A DNA stretch of 53,480 nt, taken from the NCBI GenBank assembly GCA_030765485.1, contig JAVCCR010000032.1, positions 1-53,480 on the forward strand, written 5' to 3'. Both the position numbers and the translations under genes were made by a program. Source of the stretch: Candidatus Gygaella obscura (GTDB lineage: Bacteria; Omnitrophota; Gorgyraeia; Gygaellales; Gygaellaceae). The notes below the pieces were generated by a model. That model made no database searches and had not been told where the DNA came from. It saw nothing but the letters and a program-made list of their open reading frames with translations. Shown one piece after another: positions 8,770 to 17,645 of this stretch (within the stretch, counting starts at the first letter, position 1; each line of letters opens with the position of its first letter).

Positions 8770-9429
8770 ATGAAAGCGAAAAATTTAGATAGAAGTTTTC
8801 TCAATGGCGATGAGACATGGCGTGTCTTTAGAATCATGGCTGAGTTTGTCGATGGTTTTGATATTTTATCCAAAGTAGGAAAAGCGGTTTCAGTATTCGG
8901 TTCTGCACGCATAAAGCCGGGGACTAAATATTATCGCTTGGCAGAACAGACTGCCTATGAGATTGCTAAGGCCGGTTATGCGGTTATAACCGGAGGCGGG
9001 CCCTGTATTATGGAGGCAGCCAATAAGGGCGCAAAAAAAACCAAGGGCAAGTCTATTGGTTTAAATATTGAAATGCCCTCTGAGCAAAAACCGAATAAAT
9101 ATGCCCAGATCTTGGTTAATTTTCATTATTTCTTCTGCCGCAAAGTAATGTTTGTTAAATATGCCAAGGCATTCGTGATTATGCCCGGCGGATTCGGTAC
9201 ACTGGATGAGTTGTTTGAATCACTAAACCTTATCCAGACCGAAAGGATTGGTAAGTTTCCTGTTATCCTAGTTGGTAAAAGCTACTGGTGCGGCCTTATG
9301 GACTGGATTAAAACCACAGTTATTAAGGAAGGTTGCGTGGATACTAATGATCTTAAGATATTCCATGTTGTAGATAAGCCGAAAGAAGTAGTTTCGATTA
9401 TAAAGAAGTTTTATAAAAGAAAAAAATAG
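8770..9429 (+). CDS. LOG-family (TIGR00730-type) nucleotide N-ribohydrolase
   Basis: VFGSAR, ITGGGPCIMEAANKGA and the PGGFGTLDELFE motifs typical of LOG / lysine-decarboxylase-like proteins. Confidence 0.85.
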   Translation: MKAKNLDRSFLNGDETWRVFRIMAEFVDGFDILSKVGKAVSVFGSARIKPGTKYYRLAEQTAYEIAKAGYAVITGGGPCIMEAANKGAKKTKGKSIGLNIEMPSEQKPNKYAQILVNFHYFFCRKVMFVKYAKAFVIMPGGFGTLDELFESLNLIQTERIGKFPVILVGKSYWCGLMDWIKTTVIKEGCVDTNDLKIFHVVDKPKEVVSIIKKFYKRKK

Positions 9430-9432
9430 TTT

Positions 9433-10230
9433 ATGAAGATTCCTAAAGTACTGGTAATACGAACAGCAGGTACGAATTGCGATGTGGAGACGTCTTTTGC
9501 TTTTAAACTCTGCAGCTGCCGGGTTGATTTGTTGCATATCAATAAACTGGTCAGGTCGAAAACGTTAATTAATAAATACAATATTATTGCTCTTCCCGGA
9601 GGTTTTAGCTATGGCGATGATATTGCAGCAGGAAAGATTCTTTCTAACGAATTAAGGTATAAACTTAAAAAGGAACTGAAGAATTTTGTCTCACGCGGAG
9701 GTCTTATTATCGGCATCTGTAATGGCTTTCAGGTTTTGATTAAGTCTGGACTTCTTCCAGGCAGCAGAAATATGGTTCAGGAAGCAACGCTTACGGTAAA
9801 TGACTCCAATAAATTCGAAGACCGCTGGGTATATTTAAAGAGTAGTTCTTCTTCTGGTAAGGCTTCCCGGTGTGTCTGGACCAAGGGTCTATCGGAGGTC
9901 ATTTATTTACCCGTAGCGCATGGGGAAGGTAAATTTGTTGCTAAAAATAAAACTGTTTTAAGAACTTTAGAAAAAAATAACCAAATTGTTTTTAGGTACT
10001 GCAACGGATCAGGTAAAGCTGGAGTATATCCAGCGAACCCCAATGGTTCGGTTTTAGATATTGCGGGAATATGTGATACTACAGGTAGGGTTCTAGGTCT
10101 TATGCCTCATCCGGAAAGGCATATTTTTAATACGCAGCATCCGCGCTGGACAAGGAATAGGGGCAATGTTGAACCTGACGGGTTGAAGATTTTTAAAAAC
10201 GCAGTTAACTATCTAAAGAAAAGGTCATGA
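9433..10230 (+). CDS. purQ: FGAM synthase glutaminase subunit PurQ
   Basis: GTNCD near the N-terminus, nucleophile elbow GICNGFQ, and C-terminal MPHPER. Confidence 0.9.
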   Translation: MKIPKVLVIRTAGTNCDVETSFAFKLCSCRVDLLHINKLVRSKTLINKYNIIALPGGFSYGDDIAAGKILSNELRYKLKKELKNFVSRGGLIIGICNGFQVLIKSGLLPGSRNMVQEATLTVNDSNKFEDRWVYLKSSSSSGKASRCVWTKGLSEVIYLPVAHGEGKFVAKNKTVLRTLEKNNQIVFRYCNGSGKAGVYPANPNGSVLDIAGICDTTGRVLGLMPHPERHIFNTQHPRWTRNRGNVEPDGLKIFKNAVNYLKKRS

Positions 10231-11240
10231 AAAATATAACCTATAAAAAATCAGGCGTAGATATCAAATCAATGGAAATGCTTAAAGATAATATTAAGCA
10301 TTTAGCGCGAAGATCTTTTTCAAAATCGGCGATAAAAGATATCGGTGGCTTCGGTGCTTTTTTTAGCCTAGAGAACGTACGTTTTAAAAAGCCTGTTTTG
10401 GTTTCTAGTGCCGATGGCGTAGGGACAAAGTTAAAATTAGCGCAGTTACTAAATAAACACGATACAGTAGGTATAGATTTAGTGGCTATGAATGTAAATG
10501 ATATACTTTGTGCAGGTGCCAGGCCTTTGTTTTTTTTAGACTATATATCTTTCAGCAAAGTAAATAAAAATATACTGCTTGATGTGATTAAGGGGATAAA
10601 TAAAGGCTGTATGGATTCAGCTTGTGCCTTGATCGGCGGAGAGACAGCCCAAATGCCTAATTTTTATCCGGCAGGCGAATATGATGTTGCGGGTTTTTGT
10701 GTAGGAATAGTTGAGAAAACAAAAATAATCGATGGCGTAAGAATAAGCAAAAACAACACTGCGATTGGTTTATCTTCCAGTGGCCTGCATTCCAATGGAT
10801 TCTCGTTAGTGAGAAAGGTTTTCTCAAAAAAAGAATTAAAGCGCATGGGTAGTTATTTACTTAGGCCTACGCGTATATATGTAAAAGAAATTTTAGATTT
10901 ATTAAACTCGAATAAAAATATCTCCACAGCCGTTAGGGGAATTGCCCATATTACCGGAGGTGCTTTCTATGATAAAATTGCAAGAATTTTACCTAAAGAT
11001 ACAGATTGTGTAATTGATAAAAATAGCTGGAAAGTGCCGGATGTTTTTAAGCTGACGCAGAATAAAGCTTCAATTAGCCAGCGTGAGATGTACCATACGT
11101 TTAATATGGGTATAGGCATGGTGCTTATCGTAGATACCTTACAGGCAAAGAAAATAGTCTCAAGATTGGATACACTAGGAACAAAATCTTTTATAATCGG
11201 CAAGACTATAAAAGGACAGGGGAAGGTTATCGTAGAATGA
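10227..11240 (+). CDS. purM: phosphoribosylformylglycinamidine cyclo-ligase (AIR synthase)
   Basis: YKKSGVDI start, DGVGTKL and GGETAQMP. ATGA overlap with purQ. Confidence 0.95.
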   Translation: MKNITYKKSGVDIKSMEMLKDNIKHLARRSFSKSAIKDIGGFGAFFSLENVRFKKPVLVSSADGVGTKLKLAQLLNKHDTVGIDLVAMNVNDILCAGARPLFFLDYISFSKVNKNILLDVIKGINKGCMDSACALIGGETAQMPNFYPAGEYDVAGFCVGIVEKTKIIDGVRISKNNTAIGLSSSGLHSNGFSLVRKVFSKKELKRMGSYLLRPTRIYVKEILDLLNSNKNISTAVRGIAHITGGAFYDKIARILPKDTDCVIDKNSWKVPDVFKLTQNKASISQREMYHTFNMGIGMVLIVDTLQAKKIVSRLDTLGTKSFIIGKTIKGQGKVIVE

Positions 11241-12529
11241 AAGTTTTAGTGATTGGTTCAGGGGCAAGAGAGCACGCGCTTATTTATAAGATTGCTCAGT
11301 CAAAGTCAGTGGAAAAGATATTTGCCGCACCTGGTAATGGTGGTATTGCTGGTTTAGCCGAGTGCGTAGAGATAAAAGCAGATGACGTGGCTAATCTTTT
11401 AGAATTTGCAAAGAAGGAAAAGATCGATTTTACCGTAGTTGGACCTGAAGCGGCTTTAGCCAAAGGAATTGTTAATGAGTTTAATAAAAATAATCTTTTG
11501 ATTTTTGGTGTAACCAAAGAAGCTGCCATGCTTGAATCAAGCAAGATTTTTTCTAAAAGAATTATGCAAAAATACAATATTCCTACAGCTGATTTTGAGG
11601 TTTTTGATAATAGCGTGAAAGCAAAAGAGTATCTAAAGGAAAAAAAATTTCCTTGTGTAATAAAAGCTGATGGTTTGGCTGCGGGAAAAGGTGTTGTCAT
11701 TGTCAAAGATTATAATCAGGCTGCGGAAGCGGTAGATAGGATAATGAATGATAAAATATTTGGCGATGCTGGAAATAAAATTTTAATTGAAGATTTTCTT
11801 GTGGGCCAAGAGGTGTCGATAATCGTAGTAACTGATTCCAAGGATATAGCCATACTTGATTCCAGTCAGGATTATAAACGCGTGTTTGATAACGACGAGG
11901 GGTCTAATACAGGTGGAATGGGTGCTTATTCTCCTGTTTCTTTAATAGATAAGATATTGTTTGATAAAATTATAGATCAGATAATAAAGCCTACAGTAGC
12001 TGGTTTAGTTGAAGAAGGCATTGAATATAAGGGAGTATTATACGCAGGTGTTATGGTGACTAGCGCTGGTCCGAAGGTTTTAGAATTTAATGTTAGATTC
12101 GGCGATCCCGAGACCCAGGTAATACTGCCTAGGATTAATTTTGATTTTCTGGAGTTGCTTTTGAGTACCTCAAAATCAAATCTGGGTGAGTTTTTAAAAA
12201 AGACCTCTTTGACTTGGGATGAGCGTTTTTGTGTTTGTGTTGTTTGTGTTTCCGGCGGTTATCCCGGGAATTACGATAAGGGAAAGCCTATAGAAGGACT
12301 TGAAGAAACAGCCAATTTAAAGGACATAATTGTTTTTCATGCTGGTACGAAAAAGATAGTCAGTAATAAAAAAGATAACTATATAACAGATGGTGGCAGG
12401 GTATTGTCAGTTACCGGTTTTGGAAAGACGATAAACCTTGCAATCGAAAATGTCTATAATGCGTTAAAAGGCATTAATTTTGAGAATATGCATTACAGAA
12501 AAGATATTGCAAAAAAAGCAATTATATAA
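11237..12529 (+). CDS. purD: phosphoribosylamine-glycine ligase
   Basis: MKVLVIGSGAREHAL, KADGLAAGKGV and LEFNVRFGDPETQ. ATGA overlap with purM. Confidence 0.95.
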   Translation: MKVLVIGSGAREHALIYKIAQSKSVEKIFAAPGNGGIAGLAECVEIKADDVANLLEFAKKEKIDFTVVGPEAALAKGIVNEFNKNNLLIFGVTKEAAMLESSKIFSKRIMQKYNIPTADFEVFDNSVKAKEYLKEKKFPCVIKADGLAAGKGVVIVKDYNQAAEAVDRIMNDKIFGDAGNKILIEDFLVGQEVSIIVVTDSKDIAILDSSQDYKRVFDNDEGSNTGGMGAYSPVSLIDKILFDKIIDQIIKPTVAGLVEEGIEYKGVLYAGVMVTSAGPKVLEFNVRFGDPETQVILPRINFDFLELLLSTSKSNLGEFLKKTSLTWDERFCVCVVCVSGGYPGNYDKGKPIEGLEETANLKDIIVFHAGTKKIVSNKKDNYITDGGRVLSVTGFGKTINLAIENVYNALKGINFENMHYRKDIAKKAII

Positions 12530-12551
12530 AAGCAAATCAGGGGAGAGAAAA

Positions 12552-13040
12552 ATGAAAAAAAATCTTATCAGTATTCTTATGGGTAGTAGTTCCGACCTTA
12601 TACATTTAAAAGGCAGTATAAAGTTATTGAAAAGTTTTAAAGTGGGTTTTGATGTTAAGGTTTTATCAGCGCACAGGAGTCCAAAGGAGCTTGCTAAATA
12701 TGTAGAAGATGCGACAAAAAAAGGAATAAAGGTATTTATTGCCGCTGCTGGAGGTTCTGCTGCTTTAGCAGGTGTTGTGGCTGCACATACTTTAGCGCCG
12801 GTTATAGGTATTCCTATTGAGACGCGCTCTCTTAAGGGGCTTGACTCACTTTTATCAACTGTGCAGATGCCTTCAGGTGTGCCTGTTGCTTCTATGGCTT
12901 TAGGTAAGGCTGGAGCGAAGAATGCTGTAATCTTTGCTTTGGAGATACTTGCTTTAAGTGATAAGAAGATAAAAAGCAAGTTGGTTAATTTCCGTAATAA
13001 TTTTAAAAAATCGGTTTTAAAACAAAAAATAAAGTTGTAA
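12552..13040 (+). CDS. purE: 5-(carboxyamino)imidazole ribonucleotide mutase / AIR carboxylase PurE
   Basis: ISILMGSSSD, SAHRSP and MPSGVPVA. I start at ATG 12552 (GGGGAGAG SD upstream) rather than the track start 12480, which overlaps purD. Confidence 0.9.
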   Translation: MKKNLISILMGSSSDLIHLKGSIKLLKSFKVGFDVKVLSAHRSPKELAKYVEDATKKGIKVFIAAAGGSAALAGVVAAHTLAPVIGIPIETRSLKGLDSLLSTVQMPSGVPVASMALGKAGAKNAVIFALEILALSDKKIKSKLVNFRNNFKKSVLKQKIKL

Positions 13041-13043
13041 TTT

Positions 13044-14093
13044 ATGTCTATAGAAATTGTTAAGCTTGATAAACATGATTTATCTGCTGAAAAAATTCAG
13101 CGATTAGCCGATGAGTTAAACAAAGGCAAGGTCTTGATTTTACCCACAGAGACGGTCTATGGTCTGGCAGTTGATTTTGCTAATGGCGCTGCATTAGAGA
13201 AGGTTTATAGAATTAAGGGTCGTGACAGTAAAAAGAAAATTTCAGTTGCCGTTAGTAAGATTAAGCATGTAGAAGATTTGATTGAAGAAATTCCTTTGGG
13301 TGTTTATAAGCTAATGGACAGTTTTTGGCCCGGGCCTTTAACGATTGTTATGGACACAAAAAAAGGCATGCTGGGTTTTCGTATGCCGGATAATTTTGTT
13401 ACTCTTAGCGTGATTGATTATTTGGACAGGCCAATTTATTTGACTTCGGCGAATCTTTCCGGTAAACCGGCAACAAATGATATTGAATCGGCGATAAGAG
13501 ATTTAAAAGAAAAAGTTGATATAGCAGTTGATACCGGAAGAAGTGAGCTGGGTTCGGAATCTACTGTAATAAAAATAAAAGATAATTCTTTTTCTTTATT
13601 GCGTGAAGGCTATTTGCCGGAAGAAAAAATTAAGAACGTAATGAATAAAAAAAGAGTGTTATTCGTTTGTTCCGGCAACTCCTGCCGTTCCGTGATGGCA
13701 GAATATCTTTTTATAAAGCTTCTAGGCAAAAGAACCGATGTGGATGTAGGCTCTGCCGGGATTGCTGCCTTAGATGGTATGGGTGTAAGCGAAGAAGTAA
13801 AAAATATCTTATCCAAAGAGTCAATCGATGCCTCAGGCCATCGAGCAAGACGCCTGAGTTTTGAGATGTTAAAAGCAAACGATATGATAATTGCAATGGA
13901 GCGTTTCCAGGAAGAAAGAATAAAACAGATGTATCCGGAAGTAAAAAATCGCGTGTTTTTACTTAAAGAGTTTGCTAAAATAAATAATGGTTCTGTTGAT
14001 ATAACAGATCCTATGGGTAGAGGCGCGGATTTTTATCAGGCGGTTTGTCAAACTATAAAACAGGGCTTGGGAAAAATTCTAAAAATAATTTAA
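13044..14093 (+). CDS. fusion of a TsaC/YrdC-type threonylcarbamoyl-AMP synthase domain and a low-molecular-weight phosphatase (YwlE/arsenate-reductase fold)
   Basis: N-half: ILPTETVYGLA and YLTSANLSG (YrdC domain). C-half from codon 200: MNKKRVLFVCSGNSCRS (C-x5-R-S P-loop) and the DP acid motif ITDPMG. Confidence 0.85.
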   Translation: MSIEIVKLDKHDLSAEKIQRLADELNKGKVLILPTETVYGLAVDFANGAALEKVYRIKGRDSKKKISVAVSKIKHVEDLIEEIPLGVYKLMDSFWPGPLTIVMDTKKGMLGFRMPDNFVTLSVIDYLDRPIYLTSANLSGKPATNDIESAIRDLKEKVDIAVDTGRSELGSESTVIKIKDNSFSLLREGYLPEEKIKNVMNKKRVLFVCSGNSCRSVMAEYLFIKLLGKRTDVDVGSAGIAALDGMGVSEEVKNILSKESIDASGHRARRLSFEMLKANDMIIAMERFQEERIKQMYPEVKNRVFLLKEFAKINNGSVDITDPMGRGADFYQAVCQTIKQGLGKILKII

Positions 14094-14097
14094 AAAT

Positions 14098-14553
14098 ATG
14101 AAAGACAAAAAAATCATAATTGGTTCTGACCACGGTGGATTTGAGTTGAAGGAAAAGATAATTATTTATCTTACTAAGAAAAAATATAAAATTAAGGATG
14201 TGGGCGCGTTTTCTAAACAAAGATGTGATTACCCTTTGATTGGTTTTGAGGTGGCACAAAAAGTTTCAAATAACAGATTCAAAAGAGGGATTTTGATTTG
14301 TACGTCGGGAATTGGCCAGAGTATTGTGGCTAATAAACTTAAAAATGTACGCGCTGCCCTGTGTCATAATAAAACAATTGCTTATTTGTCCAGAAGGCAT
14401 AACAATGCAAATATTCTGGTTTTGGGACAGAAGTTCACTTTTTTTAATAAAGCAAAAGATATTGTCGATATTTGGCTAAAGACCGAATTTGAAGGCGGCA
14501 GACATGCGCGTAGATTGAAACAGATAAAAAATATAGAAGAGAGGAAGCTATAA
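14098..14553 (+). CDS. rpiB: ribose-5-phosphate isomerase B
   Basis: [30 protein letters not shown] and GGRHARR. Confidence 0.9.
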   Translation: MKDKKIIIGSDHGGFELKEKIIIYLTKKKYKIKDVGAFSKQRCDYPLIGFEVAQKVSNNRFKRGILICTSGIGQSIVANKLKNVRAALCHNKTIAYLSRRHNNANILVLGQKFTFFNKAKDIVDIWLKTEFEGGRHARRLKQIKNIEERKL

Positions 14554-14554
14554 A

Positions 14555-15796
14555 ATGAAGTTAGAAACAACTGATAAAGAGATCTACGCTTGTTTAAAGA
14601 ATGAATTATCTAGGCAGAATGAAAACTTAGAGCTTATTGCTTCTGAGAATTTTACCTCTTTAGAGGTTTTAGAGGCGCAAGGCTCAGTCTTGACGAATAA
14701 ATATGCCGAAGGTTACCCTGGCAGGCGTTGGTACGGAGGTTGTGTTAATGTCGATGAGGTAGAGTCTTTAGCAATACAAAGATGTAAACAGCTTTTTAAG
14801 GCCGAGCATGCCAATGTGCAGGCACACTCCGGAACTCAAGCAAACATGGCAGTATTTATGAGTTGTTTAAAGCATAATGATACTGTTTTAGCCATGGATT
14901 TAGTTAGTGGTGGACATCTTTCGCATGGACATAAACTTAATTTTTCCGGCATATTTTATAATGTAATCGGCTATGGTTTAAATAAAGAAACCGAGATGAT
15001 AGATTATGATCAAGTGCAAGCTTTGGCCAACAAGCATAAACCAAAGCTTATTTTAGCAGGCGCCTCAGCTTACCCAAGGTTTATTGATTTTGAAAAGTTT
15101 CGTAAGATTGCTGATTCAGTAGGAGCGATTCTTTTTGTAGACATGGCGCATATTGCCGGACTTGTGGCAGCAGGTATTCATCCTGACCCGGTTAAGTATT
15201 CTGAATTTGTTAGTTCTACAACGCATAAGACACTGCGTGGACCAAGGGGCGGGTTTGTCCTGTGTCGTAAGGATTTTGCCAAGAAAATCGACGTTAATGT
15301 TTTTCCCGGAATACAGGGTGGGCCGCTTATGCATGTAATTGCCGCTAAAGCTGTAGCTTTTAAACAGGCATTAAGTGATGATTTTAAACAGTATCAAAAG
15401 CAGATTGTAAAAAATGCCAAGTGTTTGGCTGATTCTTTATCTGGTTTAGGTTATAGGATTGTTTCAGGAGGAACGGATAATCATTTGCTTTTAGTTGATT
15501 TAAGTAAAAAGGATTTAACTGGAAAAGATGCTCAGGAGATGCTTGAAAGAGCGAATATTACGGTAAATAAAAATCTTATCCCTTTTGATGATAAGCCAGC
15601 TACCTTAACCAGCGGTGTGCGTCTAGGAACCCCTGCTTTAACTACAAGAGGAATGAAAGAGCCGGAAATGAAAAAGATTGCGGAATTAATCGATAAGGTA
15701 ATTGCTTCCAAGGCAAAAGAGGCAGTGGTTTCGGAAGTTAAAAATGAAGTTTTGGATATATGCAGGGGATTTATGCTTTATCCGGAGTTATTATGA
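14555..15796 (+). CDS. glyA: serine hydroxymethyltransferase
   Basis: [24 protein letters not shown] and [12 protein letters not shown]. Confidence 0.97.
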   Translation: MKLETTDKEIYACLKNELSRQNENLELIASENFTSLEVLEAQGSVLTNKYAEGYPGRRWYGGCVNVDEVESLAIQRCKQLFKAEHANVQAHSGTQANMAVFMSCLKHNDTVLAMDLVSGGHLSHGHKLNFSGIFYNVIGYGLNKETEMIDYDQVQALANKHKPKLILAGASAYPRFIDFEKFRKIADSVGAILFVDMAHIAGLVAAGIHPDPVKYSEFVSSTTHKTLRGPRGGFVLCRKDFAKKIDVNVFPGIQGGPLMHVIAAKAVAFKQALSDDFKQYQKQIVKNAKCLADSLSGLGYRIVSGGTDNHLLLVDLSKKDLTGKDAQEMLERANITVNKNLIPFDDKPATLTSGVRLGTPALTTRGMKEPEMKKIAELIDKVIASKAKEAVVSEVKNEVLDICRGFMLYPELL

Positions 15797-16251
15797 AGAA
15801 AAAACAATCAAGACCGAGCTGGGATGAATATTTTTCAGATGTAGCAAAATTAGTTTCTTCTCGTTCAACTTGCTTAAGGCGCAAGGTAGGAGCGGTTATC
15901 GTAAGGGAAAAAAGAATTCTTTCTACCGGTTATAACGGTGCACCGTCAAAAACAAGTCATTGTATTGAGGTGGGTTGTCTGCGGGATGAACTGAATATTC
16001 CTTCTGGGCAGAGGCATGAATTATGCCGCGGTCTGCATGCTGAGCAAAACGCGCTTTTGCAAGCTGCATTATGCGGAATTAGCTTAAAAGACAGTACTAT
16101 TTATATAACAAATCACCCGTGTATTATTTGCGCGAAGATGATTATTAATGTCGGAATAAAGGAAATTGTGATTTTAGATAGCTATCCGGACGATATGGCA
16201 AAAGATATGCTGGAAGAGGCAAAGATAAAGGTGAGGATTCTAAAACATTAA
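15793..16251 (+). CDS. comEB: dCMP deaminase (ComEB-type cytidine/deoxycytidylate deaminase)
   Basis: SWDEYF, HAEQNA and PCIICAKMI zinc motifs. I start at ATG 15793, which forms an ATGA overlap with the glyA stop. Confidence 0.85.
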   Translation: MKKKQSRPSWDEYFSDVAKLVSSRSTCLRRKVGAVIVREKRILSTGYNGAPSKTSHCIEVGCLRDELNIPSGQRHELCRGLHAEQNALLQAALCGISLKDSTIYITNHPCIICAKMIINVGIKEIVILDSYPDDMAKDMLEEAKIKVRILKH

Positions 16252-16252
16252 T

Positions 16253-16756
16253 ATGCGCTGTCCATACTGTGCACACAAACAGGATAAAGTTGTTGATTCA
16301 CGGGAAAGTCTTGATGGCGCTCAAGTAAGGCGTAGAAGAGAGTGCTTAAAATGCGGCAACCGTTTTACCACCTATGAACATACCGAAAATGTTGCTTTAA
16401 AGGTAATAAAAAAAGATTCCCGAAGGGAAAATTTTGACAGAAAAAAGTTGTTGTCAGGGTTGATGAAGGCCTGTGAAAAGCGGCCCATCAGCGTAGAAAA
16501 GCTGGAGGAAATAGTTTTAAATATCGAACGCTTGATTCAGAAGAAATTTGAACGTGAGGTTTCTAGTGAGGCTATAGGTGAGATTGCAATGGAGAAGCTC
16601 GCGCTTTTAGACCATGTGGCCTATGTCAGATTTGCTTCTGTTTACAGACATTTTAAGGATGTTAATCAGTTTACAGAAGAGCTTAATAGTCTTTTTGGAA
16701 GAATGAAATCCAATAAAAAACTAAAACGTAAGATTAAGAAAACTAAAAGAGCATGA
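16253..16756 (+). CDS. nrdR: transcriptional repressor NrdR
   Basis: MRCPYC...CLKCGNRFTTYE zinc ribbon plus an ATP-cone. Confidence 0.95.
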   Translation: MRCPYCAHKQDKVVDSRESLDGAQVRRRRECLKCGNRFTTYEHTENVALKVIKKDSRRENFDRKKLLSGLMKACEKRPISVEKLEEIVLNIERLIQKKFEREVSSEAIGEIAMEKLALLDHVAYVRFASVYRHFKDVNQFTEELNSLFGRMKSNKKLKRKIKKTKRA

Positions 16757-17163
16757 TTGAAGTTGAATTGAATAAAATAATTTTAGATGAAAAAAGACAT
16801 GATCAGATTATTGTCTTAAAGGAAATAAAGGGAAAAAGATTCTTGCCTATCGTAATCGGAATAGCAGAGGCATCAGCGATAAAGATGAGGATTAATAGTA
16901 TAAATCCGCCGCGACCCTTGACGCATGATTTACTTAGCGGCGTTATTGATAAACTTTCGGCAAAGCTTGATTGCATAGTGATAAACCAGTTTAAGAATAA
17001 TACTTATTATGCTAAATTGCATTTAAAAGATAAAGACGGAAAGCTTATTTTGGTAGATTCGCGTCCTTCTGATGGTGTTGCCTTAGCTGTAAGAAGCAGC
17101 GCCAAGATTTTTGTCGAAGATGATGTTCTATCCTCTTCAAGCCAGATAAGTAAAAATACCTAG
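16753..17163 (+). CDS. bifunctional nuclease (BFN/DUF151) family protein
   Basis: PIVIGIAEASAI...PRPLTHDL...YYAKL...DSRPSDGVALA, the typical DUF151 layout. ATGA overlap with nrdR. Confidence 0.75.
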   Translation: MIEVELNKIILDEKRHDQIIVLKEIKGKRFLPIVIGIAEASAIKMRINSINPPRPLTHDLLSGVIDKLSAKLDCIVINQFKNNTYYAKLHLKDKDGKLILVDSRPSDGVALAVRSSAKIFVEDDVLSSSSQISKNT

Positions 17164-17167
17164 CCAG

Positions 17168-17641
17168 ATGAAAATCGGTATAATTGCAGACTCCCATGAC
17201 AATTTGGATAAACTTAAAAAAGCAGTGGATATTTTTAATCTTAACCGTCTGGGTTTCGTTTTTCATGCAGGAGATTTTATTGCTCCTTTTACAGTCCCTG
17301 TTTTAAATTCACTAAAATGTGATTTTTTGGGGGTTTTCGGCAATAACGATGCTGAAACCAGATTATTAAAGAAGAAATCTCAAGGAAAAATAAAAAAAGG
17401 GCCGCTTTTAATAAATAAATTCGGCATGAAAATATTACTTTGCCATGATCTTAAAAAAGTTAGTTTAAGTAAGAGAGAACCGGATTTGGTTATTTTTGGG
17501 CACAGCCACGAAGTAAATATTTCTCAAAAAGGAAAGACTTTGTTTATAAATCCTGGAGAATGCTGCGGTTGGCTTACAGGCAGATCTACGATTGCAATAC
17601 TTGATACAGGTAAGATGTCCTTTCATATTTTAAGGATCTAA
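17168..17641 (+). CDS. YfcE/MJ0936-family metallophosphoesterase
   Basis: IIADSHDN, HAGDF, GNND and GHSHE metal-ligand motifs. Confidence 0.8.
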   Translation: MKIGIIADSHDNLDKLKKAVDIFNLNRLGFVFHAGDFIAPFTVPVLNSLKCDFLGVFGNNDAETRLLKKKSQGKIKKGPLLINKFGMKILLCHDLKKVSLSKREPDLVIFGHSHEVNISQKGKTLFINPGECCGWLTGRSTIAILDTGKMSFHILRI

Positions 17642-17645
17642 TTTT

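Noticed and set aside
12464-12979. 171-aa minus-strand ORF, the longest antisense ORF in the window
   Set aside because: It lies entirely antisense to purE and the end of purD. Its Ala/Pro-rich, low-complexity translation mirrors the Gly/Ala-rich purE frame. No start context or family is recognisable, so it is a shadow ORF.
13667-13896. Short + and - ORFs inside the TsaC-phosphatase gene
   Set aside because: They are alternative-frame ORFs inside a confidently assigned domain (the CSGNSCRS region) and are Arg/Cys-rich frame artefacts.
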